From positions 768 through 64,767 of the forward strand of contig JAJEIP010000008.1 in assembly GCA_022827885.1 (NCBI GenBank): a stretch of 64,000 nt of DNA, written 5' to 3'. This document shows, piece by piece, positions 26,162-33,858 of the stretch. This DNA is from Candidatus Poribacteria bacterium. Lineage in GTDB: Bacteria > Poribacteria > WGA-4E > WGA-3G. Both the position numbers and the translations under genes were made by a program. Every line of letters starts with the position of its first letter. Positions within the stretch are counted from its first letter, which is position 1. Under the pieces are notes generated by a model that did not search any database, was not told the DNA's origin, and saw only the letters and a program-made list of their open reading frames with translations.

Positions 26162-26281
26162 GCGTAATTTCTCCTTATAGGTTCATGCTATTCATTTTTG
26201 CCATTCCAGTCAGCCGTATGGCTTCTGCTCCTGTAGATATCAATTTCCTAATGTCCTAACTTTAATTTCAGCATTTTCTCC

Positions 26282-26393
26282 TTCCACGAGATTCCCCTGA
26301 TAGAAAGATGGGGTCGCGCTCTATCACCAAAAGACTGAATCTGATTTCAAGTCTTTTAACATTTAACATTAAGTAATGTAATAAGGTTTACAC
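26282..26393 (-). promoter_or_regulatory. Duplicated copy of the ECF-sigma gene promoter/5' leader, now upstream of the WD40 gene
   Basis: Roughly three quarters identical by eye to 30622-30728. It keeps GTAAAC-N17-TGTTAA, the AAAGACT-N13-AGTCTTT inverted repeat, and the SD plus GTG. The ORF decays to a stop within 15-19 codons. Confidence 0.55.
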
Positions 26394-26514
26394 CGTATAT
26401 CATTTTGGTGAAAGTCAGATATTACGCATTTTGAATCGCGGTTGGTAACGCCTGAGTTGAGTGTTGTTGTGTGGGGTATATCAAAGGCAGGGATGTATAA
26501 ATATCTTTTGCCAC

Positions 26515-26657
26515 GCGTTATTTTTATCTACCAGATGATGTACATTGCCTGGGGCATCTGAGAATTTCCGATTTTAAGGTTGGTTTTGGTGTTCTGATTT
26601 GAGTTTTCCCCAACTTGTGGATAGTTTGCCGTTTGCTGCAACAGCACGAAATCCGGT
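26515..26657 (-). pseudogene. LamG-paralog C-terminal fragments (gene remnant)
   Basis: The minus-strand translation ...FRAVAANGKLSTSWGKLKSEHQNQP* (stop 26574-26576) parallels LAVEAGGKLTTTWGRLKQ* of the adjacent LamG gene. 26515-26565 resembles the EFSDASGNAYHLKGK-coding DNA of that gene. There is no start codon or N-terminal domain. Confidence 0.55.
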
Positions 26658-26658
26658 A

Positions 26659-27540
26659 TCATTGTTTAAGCCGTCCCCATGTTGTTGTGAGTTTTCCTCC
26701 TGCTTCGACTGCAAGTGGGATGCTGGTCCTCGCGCCATTTTTACCCTTCAGATGATATGCGTTGCCCGAGGCGTCTGAAAATTCTCGCGTTCCACCGGGT
26801 TCATCAAAATGCCATAAGGCAACCGTTTTTGCGTCATTTTCAAACTTGCCCTCTGGCATAAAATCCTTTTTCTCGACATCGTAACGAGCCTCTGTTGAGA
26901 TGCGGACCTCATCAATATATCCAGTGAAGGAATCCCAAAACCATAGTTCGTTCGGACCAACAGGCACCTCAATTATTTTTCCAAACCCTCCAAGCACGAA
27001 ATCCAGTGGACGCGCAGCATTGTGTCCCAGAGGATCTCCGTGTGGCCATATCGCTACGAAATCATTGACGATCATCGTTGTGTGAGGTCCATTTGACTGA
27101 TAAGCGATGTGGTGCCATTGGTTCGGCGCAAGCGGGATCGGGAAAGGTAATCTCCGACCGAGTTTTCCATCAATATAGGCACTCATTAGCAAGATTAGGT
27201 CTCCCTTGGGAGGCTCGATATTTAGCACATTAGCCAGATCATTTACGAACGGTTGAAACTCATCGTTCACGATGAACATGCGCACCTGTTGATGGAGTAT
27301 CGTCAATGACGTATTCCCGTTATCGGGTGGTTTGATGGGATATACCCATGCTTCGACGGTAAACTCTTCCGTACCGTTGGGTAAAGGTCTACCGAAGGTT
27401 TCAAAATCTAAAACGGCGTGGTCGTTGACCCCATCGAGAACTAAATAGTTTCCGCCTGCCGGTGAAGCGGGTGGAAACGCTTTCGCACTCAGCAGAAGTA
27501 ACATAAGTAAGAGACATGCGAGGAGTTGTCGGTATACCAT
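26659..27540 (-). CDS. Secreted LamG/concanavalin-A-like lectin domain protein
   Basis: Signal peptide. Pattern LDGVNDHAV...FTVEAWVYP...WHHIAYQ...DEVRIS is typical of Laminin_G_3. The C-terminal tail is GKLTTTWGRLKQ. Confidence 0.6.
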   Translation of the reverse strand: MVYRQLLACLLLMLLLLSAKAFPPASPAGGNYLVLDGVNDHAVLDFETFGRPLPNGTEEFTVEAWVYPIKPPDNGNTSLTILHQQVRMFIVNDEFQPFVNDLANVLNIEPPKGDLILLMSAYIDGKLGRRLPFPIPLAPNQWHHIAYQSNGPHTTMIVNDFVAIWPHGDPLGHNAARPLDFVLGGFGKIIEVPVGPNELWFWDSFTGYIDEVRISTEARYDVEKKDFMPEGKFENDAKTVALWHFDEPGGTREFSDASGNAYHLKGKNGARTSIPLAVEAGGKLTTTWGRLKQ

Positions 27541-27606
27541 TTTTTGTCTCTTTTTTGGCCATGAAATGCTAAAACTTCATTAGTTTGAGGCGTAAGCCTG
27601 ACGATA

Positions 27607-27635
27607 CTCGGTGCGGTTCGGAAACCGCACCTACC
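27607..27635 (-). repeat. REP-like GTAG hairpin (GGTAGGTGCGGTTTCCGAACCGCACCGAG)
   Basis: 9-bp stem GGTGCGGTT/AACCGCACC with loop TCCG, between the LamG and sigma-fusion genes. Confidence 0.7.
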
Positions 27636-27711
27636 GGGTCTGGGGCAAATATAGAATTACCGAGATATTTACAGACTTTCACCATAAATATTCAAGTCGA
27701 ACTCACGTTAT

Positions 27712-30669
27712 CTACCGTTCTTCGGAAACCAAGGACGTATGAAATATACCCTGCCTGTCGACGACACCATAGAGTCTATCGTTAGTGATAGCGAGAGAAA
27801 CAATTTCATCTGGCACTTCTGTAGAAATTAACTTCCATCGACTACCAGCCTCCAAGTGGTAGACACCGACATCGCCGATACCATAAACTTTACTTCCATC
27901 TACAACAAAGTTATTTATGATAGGACGGGTGCCTGCGCTATCGGTTAGCACGTGCCAATGTTTCGCGGTTTTGGAAGCCATAACGCCATTATCTGTTGCG
28001 ACGTAAAGGTTTGACCCCACAAAGACCATATCTTTGAAGCGAGTGAAGTGAAGCGGCAGACTTGATGTGATGTCTCTCCAACTCTCCCCTTCATCAAGCG
28101 ACTGAAACAACTTACCCTTCCGTTTGCCAACGTAGACGGTCTCTTCCTGAACTGCTAATTTAAATCCCTCTCCGAATCCGAATTGCCCATTATCCGGGTA
28201 ATCATCGTCTACTAATCCAGTGCCTATCCATTCTGGATCACCAAGTTTCCATTTGTAGAGCTCACCTGCGTATTCTATATAGAAGGTATCATGACTCGCA
28301 GCAGCAGTCTCCGTTTTCAGACGAAATGTACGAATATACTCTCGATCCTCCGACTTATAATAAAATTTTTCATGGCCAATTTTTCTACGATCAAAAATTG
28401 GGACCCCTTGAACTGGAGTTAGCATATGGCTATCCGTTGATAAACGGAAAATCCCCACATTGTCTACTCCTGTTTCTGGACCTGCCAGAGAATAAAGAGT
28501 GTTGCCAACAGGTATTAGTTTTGGCGCGAAAATTATTCTGGTAGTGGGGATGTGAAGTACAGCTTCCCGCTCATGATTCCACAGTTTTTTCCAAGCCCCA
28601 CCTCCATCGGTTGATTGATAAACTTCGTAGCCGGTATGGGCGTATAATCCATTGTTAAACGCGACGAGATCCGCTATACGAGTTCCAATCACCCCATTCA
28701 TAAAGATATGCCACGATGTCCCACCATTTGTCGTGCGGTGAATGCCCCCCAAATTCGCTTTGTAATATGTCTTCTCGTTGACCATTACAACTGGAAGACG
28801 ACTGTTGCCCACAAAACTATGATCCCTTTCAAGTTCTGTCCACGTTTGTCCGCCATCTGTTGAACGAAATTGGGCGTAACTCAATGCCAAGAGCGTGTTA
28901 CCTGTTGCCAAAACCGTTATACCTGCTGGCATAGTTTTGCGAAAACGTTCATTTCTAAACTTTATTTCAGTCCACGACCCGCCTAAGTCAGTCGAATGGA
29001 ATATCTTGACAAAATTTAACCTATCGCTCTGTGGTACCTGCCGTAACTTCGTTCCCGTTAACCTTACCAACAGTTCAGAACCTATCCCAACATAAAGATC
29101 AGTCCCAGAGACTGCCAAAGAACAAACGGCTCCTGATGTATCCAAAGGCAATTTTTGCCAAACATCCGAATCGAGACGGTAGAGACCATTCTCTGTCCCC
29201 GCGAACACTGTTTTTTCAATAGCAGTCATTGCGGAAATCTTTTCCGCCGTCAATCCGTCGTTCAGAGGACGCCAGTGCGCGCCACCATCTGTGGATCGGA
29301 AAATCCCTCTATTTTTCAGGGCGAGATACATCGTAAAAGGCACTTGTGAACTGGACGCTTCCTCGGCATCTGTAATAACGAGTTCAACAGCATCTCCCTT
29401 CGGACGGAGACCGAGGGTTCTCCACGTCTCACCCCTGTTCTCTGAAGCAAATATCTCGTCAGTAGAAACAATATAAATCGTGCCTCCATGGGCTGCCATT
29501 GGCATGAACGACCTGCCAATCGGGACACTTGTGTCGACGCGTGTCCACCCAGTCGCATCCGCTGTTAATCTGTAGATGCCTGTCTGTATGACAGCATAGA
29601 CAGTCCCGTCGGATGTAGCGAAGATGTTGTGTACAGGACCCCCTGGCGGTCCGTTTCCCTGCTGCCATTGTGCGATAGAGAACTTGGTAGAATTCTCTGG
29701 TGCAGTAGATATTGCGGTTACATCAGAAACCTGCGTGCCGGCACTACTGATTTTATCGAGAGTGGTAGCGCGTCCGACTTGATTCCGAACGGCGGGTTTC
29801 GCTGCTATATCAAAGATGATAGGCGCGTCAACGATGTCAATCGTGGGTTCAGATTGTGCCTCGAAACTATACGGCTTCTGGAAACGGGTGAGGTATCGGT
29901 TGCTCGCACCGAGGAGTAAAGCGATCAAAACCGCAGCTGCCCCCAAAGCCATCCAGGGGAGAAAGGGTTTGGGAGCCGAAGACGGTGCGGGATTCATCTC
30001 AGAGACTTGTCGCATGACCTTTTCGCCTAAACTCGCCGGTATTTGCACACCACCGAAAACTTCTTGGATCATCAGCTCTTCGTCCTCTTGCAAACGCTTC
30101 CGTCCGCGACGGAGTCTACTTTTAATGGTATCCACCGACACGCCTAAGAATTTCCCGATCTCTTTGGTCGTCATTTCACCGAGGTAATAGAGTGTTACGA
30201 CTGTGCGTTCACTCTCTGGGAGTTTGGCGAGCAGTTTTTTGACGAGTTCCTGGCGATGCTCAGTAACCTCTGTCTGCCGCTGTTCTGATGCGTGATGTGT
30301 ATAAGAGGATCTTTCGATTTCTTCCACGGGTGTGCCCTCCAGCGATTGCGTTGGGAGTCTTCTCTTCCGGCTCCAATCAATGCAAAGCCGATCCGCGATG
30401 ACATACAGCCAGCCAGAAAACTGATGGTGATTCTTCAGCGTTGAGAGTTTTTTGTATGCCTGAAGGAAGGTGTCTTGGGTAATATCTTCAGCGGTGTGAA
30501 AATCCCCGATCTTTCGCCATACGAGCGCGTGGACGCTTTTCTGGTGTCTTCGGAGCAAGACACCAAATGCCGTATCGTCCCCCGATAAGGTTCTTTGAAT
30601 CAGTTGAACATCGTCTTCTCTCTCCACGAGATTCCCCCTGATGAAAAGGTGCAGTGTCGCTTTCTTCAC
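27712..30669 (-). CDS. ECF sigma factor fused via one TM helix to a BNR/Asp-box beta-propeller domain
   Basis: Sigma70 region 2 (EDITQDTFLQAY, DWSRKRR) and region 4 (TTKEIGKFLGVSVDTIKSRLRRGRKRL). TM helix PWMALGAAAVLIALLLGA. Seven SxDxGxxW Asp-boxes. The probable true start is GTG 30627, with SD GGGGGA upstream. Confidence 0.8.
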   Translation of the reverse strand: MKKATLHLFIRGNLVEREDDVQLIQRTLSGDDTAFGVLLRRHQKSVHALVWRKIGDFHTAEDITQDTFLQAYKKLSTLKNHHQFSGWLYVIADRLCIDWSRKRRLPTQSLEGTPVEEIERSSYTHHASEQRQTEVTEHRQELVKKLLAKLPESERTVVTLYYLGEMTTKEIGKFLGVSVDTIKSRLRRGRKRLQEDEELMIQEVFGGVQIPASLGEKVMRQVSEMNPAPSSAPKPFLPWMALGAAAVLIALLLGASNRYLTRFQKPYSFEAQSEPTIDIVDAPIIFDIAAKPAVRNQVGRATTLDKISSAGTQVSDVTAISTAPENSTKFSIAQWQQGNGPPGGPVHNIFATSDGTVYAVIQTGIYRLTADATGWTRVDTSVPIGRSFMPMAAHGGTIYIVSTDEIFASENRGETWRTLGLRPKGDAVELVITDAEEASSSQVPFTMYLALKNRGIFRSTDGGAHWRPLNDGLTAEKISAMTAIEKTVFAGTENGLYRLDSDVWQKLPLDTSGAVCSLAVSGTDLYVGIGSELLVRLTGTKLRQVPQSDRLNFVKIFHSTDLGGSWTEIKFRNERFRKTMPAGITVLATGNTLLALSYAQFRSTDGGQTWTELERDHSFVGNSRLPVVMVNEKTYYKANLGGIHRTTNGGTSWHIFMNGVIGTRIADLVAFNNGLYAHTGYEVYQSTDGGGAWKKLWNHEREAVLHIPTTRIIFAPKLIPVGNTLYSLAGPETGVDNVGIFRLSTDSHMLTPVQGVPIFDRRKIGHEKFYYKSEDREYIRTFRLKTETAAASHDTFYIEYAGELYKWKLGDPEWIGTGLVDDDYPDNGQFGFGEGFKLAVQEETVYVGKRKGKLFQSLDEGESWRDITSSLPLHFTRFKDMVFVGSNLYVATDNGVMASKTAKHWHVLTDSAGTRPIINNFVVDGSKVYGIGDVGVYHLEAGSRWKLISTEVPDEIVSLAITNDRLYGVVDRQGIFHTSLVSEER

Positions 30670-30728
30670 TGAAAGACTGCATCTAATGTCAAGTCTTTTA
30701 ATATTAAGTCAGGCAATACGGTTTACGC
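30622..30728 (-). promoter_or_regulatory. Promoter/5' leader region of the ECF-sigma fusion gene (copy A of a duplicated segment)
   Basis: On the minus strand: GTAAAC (30726-30721), 17 nt, TATTAA (30703-30698). Followed by the inverted repeat AAAGACT/AGTCTTT (30672-30698), then SD and GTG 30627. Confidence 0.5.
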
Positions 30729-30859
30729 GCTCTATTATTAAAGACGAATTTAAAATCAGAAAAGGTGCAACATGAAAAAAAATCGAATTCCAACCGAGCC
30801 TAACGTTTTCCTTTTTTCCTTGTTTAAAAGACATTGACGTGTTAAAATGATAGGAATGA

Positions 30860-32182
30860 ATGATTGAGGAGAGCGTGGACATGGACGCGAAATTGTGGGT
30901 TCCAGAATACGACGCGCCAGAGTTGTGGCATAAAGAAATCTCACGCCGCTGTTTTGTCAAAAGCGGTATCAGTGGTTTTCTGGGACTCGTCGCGATGCAG
31001 CATTTCAGTGCGAATAGCCTTGCGCAGCTTGAAGATATTGTGCCGCGCGCCAAACGCTGTATCGTGCTGTTCATGAGCGGAGGCGCGAGTCAATTAGACA
31101 CTTTTGATCCGAAACCCGGCACTAAAAATGGCGGTCCCTTTGCAGCAATCCCGACAAGCGTTAGAGGGATAGAGGTTTCCGAACATCTCCCGCAAGTTGC
31201 GGAGCAGGCGCACCATCTCTCCATTATCCGATCGATGGTTTCACGTGAAGGCAATCATGAACGCGCTCGCTATTTACTGCATACGGGGTATGCCCCTGCG
31301 GGTGCGATCAGGCACCCAACCATCGGTTCGCTCACCTCTTATTACCTTGACAATCTCTCCGATCTTCCGAGTTGTGTTAATATCAATTCACCGACCTACG
31401 CCGGCAGTTTCCTCGGTGCAACGCACGATCCGTTCGTCGTCAAAGATCCGATGAAACCTGTAGAAGATCTCTCTTATCCTTCGCAGATGGATACGCACCG
31501 TTTTCGAGAGCGTCTGAAGATGCTTAAAGCGATTGAGGCGGATTTTATCGCAAAACGGACGGGACGCAGCACAGAGGCACATGAAGCGATTTACAAAAAA
31601 GCCGATCAACTCATCAATTCCCCGAAAATCGAGGCATTTCATCTCAATGAAGAACCGATGGCGATCCGCGAGGCGTATGGGATGCATAAGTTCGGCCAGG
31701 GCTGTTTGATGGCACGTCGGTTGATAGAGGCTGGGGTCAAATTTGTCGAGGTTTCGTTGGACGGATGGGATACACATGAAAATAACTTTGCGCGGACGAA
31801 AGAACTCCTCGCGCTGTTAGATCCGGCGTTCGCAATGCTCCTCAAGGAGTTGGCTGAACGGGATCTTCTCGAAGAAACGATTGTGCTGTGGCTCGGTGAA
31901 TTTGGGCGCACCCCGAAAATTAACAATAGAGAGGGTCGCGACCATCATACCCAGGGGTGGTCGGCTGTCGTCGCTGGCGGGGGGACCCGCGGTGGGCAGG
32001 TCATCGGAAGCACAAATGAAGATGGCACTCAGGTCGATAAGGGCACAGTCCGGGTCCCAGACTTATTCGCATCGCTCTGCTTCGCCCTTGGGGTTGATGC
32101 TGATGAAGAGAACTATTCTCGCGCCGGACGACCGATCCGAGTCGTTGACGATGGGTCGGTGATAGAGGAGTTGTTTGAATAG
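30860..32182 (+). CDS. DUF1501 family (sulfatase-fold) protein with Tat-like signal
   Basis: RRCFVKSGISGFLGLVA twin-arginine region, then FMSGGASQLDTFDPKP and WDTHENNF...GEFGRTP, which are DUF1501 hallmarks. The start codon is uncertain. Confidence 0.75.
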   Translation: MIEESVDMDAKLWVPEYDAPELWHKEISRRCFVKSGISGFLGLVAMQHFSANSLAQLEDIVPRAKRCIVLFMSGGASQLDTFDPKPGTKNGGPFAAIPTSVRGIEVSEHLPQVAEQAHHLSIIRSMVSREGNHERARYLLHTGYAPAGAIRHPTIGSLTSYYLDNLSDLPSCVNINSPTYAGSFLGATHDPFVVKDPMKPVEDLSYPSQMDTHRFRERLKMLKAIEADFIAKRTGRSTEAHEAIYKKADQLINSPKIEAFHLNEEPMAIREAYGMHKFGQGCLMARRLIEAGVKFVEVSLDGWDTHENNFARTKELLALLDPAFAMLLKELAERDLLEETIVLWLGEFGRTPKINNREGRDHHTQGWSAVVAGGGTRGGQVIGSTNEDGTQVDKGTVRVPDLFASLCFALGVDADEENYSRAGRPIRVVDDGSVIEELFE

Positions 32183-32186
32183 TTAA

Positions 32187-32321
32187 CGGTTCTCGGTTGT
32201 CAGTGCTCGGTTAAAGAGGGTGCTGGTAACAATCTTCCCCAGTTTGGAATATTCCAAGGCACCGGTGAATTGTTACCAAAAAATCTCTTAACTGAAAACC
32301 GAAAACTGATAACTGACAACC
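32187..32321. repeat. Nested palindromic element built on GGTTNTC/GANAACC heptamers
   Basis: Outer stem GGTTGTCAG 32195-32203 / CTGACAACC 32313-32321. Middle stem TGGTAACAAT 32224-32233 / ATTGTTACCA 32269-32278. Central perfect palindrome TTGGAATATTCCAA at 32244-32257. Confidence 0.75.
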
Positions 32322-32328
32322 ATTAAAC

Positions 32329-32916
32329 ATGAGAGTGATTGCTGGCACATTCAGAGGTAGACGCTTGGCGGCTCCGAAAGGGAATCGGCTCGTCCGCCCT
32401 ACTGCTGATCGGGTTAAAGAATCGGTTTTTAGTATTCTGAAGGAACAGATAGTAGATGCAAATTTCCTGGACCTTTGTGCCGGCACTGGGAGTATGGGAA
32501 TTGAAGCGTTGAGCCGGGGTGCGAAGCATGTCACGTTTTTGGAGCGCGACCCGCGGTGCATCGAGATTATAGAAAGAAACCTTCGAACGTGTGGTCTGCT
32601 TATTGAATCTCACGCGCGGTATCGTCTACTCCGTCGCGATGCGATAAAAGGGATTACGTATCTGTGTAAGCGGTCCACTGTATTTGAAATTATCTATTTT
32701 GATCCCCCATACGGTCTTGATGGAGCAAGGGGATCGCAGCTGTATACGACCTGTTTATCACTGCTTGCCGAGCGTTCGTTGCTCTGTGTCGGTGGCATTC
32801 TGCTCGTTGAACACGCGAAGCAGCATATTGTGCCGGATGCAGTCGGGAGTTTGAGGCGAAGTCGGCAGGCGCGTTACGGGGATACGGTTGTATCGTTTTA
32901 TGAGAAAAATTTGTAG
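32329..32916 (+). CDS. rsmD: 16S rRNA (guanine966-N2)-methyltransferase
   Basis: MRVIAGTFRGRRLAAPKGNRLVRPTADRVKESVFSIL, DLCAGTGSMGIEALSRGA and FDPPY. Confidence 0.85.
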   Translation: MRVIAGTFRGRRLAAPKGNRLVRPTADRVKESVFSILKEQIVDANFLDLCAGTGSMGIEALSRGAKHVTFLERDPRCIEIIERNLRTCGLLIESHARYRLLRRDAIKGITYLCKRSTVFEIIYFDPPYGLDGARGSQLYTTCLSLLAERSLLCVGGILLVEHAKQHIVPDAVGSLRRSRQARYGDTVVSFYEKNL

Positions 32917-32943
32917 GAGGGATCTCCGAATCCCGACATCTGC
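32913..32943 (+). repeat. REP-like GTAG hairpin (GTAGGAGGGATCTCCGAATCCCGACATCTGC)
   Basis: The TAG of GTAG is the rsmD stop codon. 28 of 31 nt are identical to 23422-23452. Confidence 0.7.
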
Positions 32944-32977
32944 AATATAAGGCATCTTGTGCTTTGGGGCAAAAAGA

Positions 32978-33715
32978 ATGAAAATTTTGAATCTTCAATC
33001 CGGAACGCCCTTTCAAATGGGTAAAGGTAAAAACTGGCGTGTTGTCCACCCCGATATGGGGTCCAAACAATTGACTTTAAACCATGGGGTTCACGCGCCC
33101 GGTCAAGAGTTTACGCAGCATTATCATGATGCGTCGGAAGACGCGATTGTCGTTTTAGAAGGTGGGGGTGCTATCCGTCAAGGAGAGGTTTATACACCCA
33201 TTGCCGCCGGGGATGTCATCTTTGTGCCCGCAGGCGAGGTGCATGGAACGGTGAATACGACACCGAACATGGCGCGTTTAATTAGTTTCCAGGCGCCACC
33301 GGATATGGCACTCTACCGGGGTGAACGAGATACGCCAGATACAGTCCCCACACCTCAAGCTGGACATAGAAGTAACGTCCAGGTCATAGGTATGGCGCGC
33401 AGTGGTCCTGTTTTTGGGAAATCCACCGAGTGGCGAAGTGTGGTCTCTCCACAAAAAGGTTCTGTACACCTTTCTTTAGATTACATCCATCTCAACAAAG
33501 GCGAAAACTTTGCGCATGAACCGATAGACAGCGAGTCAATTTATGTGTTGCGCGATGGGTGTGCTGAAGTGACAATGGATACTGGAGAGACATCTACTTT
33601 GGAACGACATGATGTCCTCTTCCTGTCCCCTGGAGACACCTTTTCGCTTTCTCAAGTGGGGGATGAACCCGCAGCGATCATATCTTGTTGGGCAGTTGCC
33701 GCTTCCGGGAGTTAA
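32978..33715 (+). CDS. Bicupin domain protein
   Basis: HYHDASEDAIVVLEGGG...AGDVIFVPAGEVHG (cupin_2) plus a second degenerate cupin half. ATG 32978 is preferred over the ORF-track start at 32957. Confidence 0.6.
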   Translation: MKILNLQSGTPFQMGKGKNWRVVHPDMGSKQLTLNHGVHAPGQEFTQHYHDASEDAIVVLEGGGAIRQGEVYTPIAAGDVIFVPAGEVHGTVNTTPNMARLISFQAPPDMALYRGERDTPDTVPTPQAGHRSNVQVIGMARSGPVFGKSTEWRSVVSPQKGSVHLSLDYIHLNKGENFAHEPIDSESIYVLRDGCAEVTMDTGETSTLERHDVLFLSPGDTFSLSQVGDEPAAIISCWAVAASGS

Positions 33716-33858
33716 TGGCTTGCAGCAAATTGGCTATCGGTTTCCATCAGCCATTGGAAACCATCGACTGACGGTTTTCGGAAAGAGAATCTCTTTCCGG
33801 ATTGCTGGCTGCTGACGGTTATTTTGCTGAAAGCTACTATAAAAAAGGAAATTGATGG

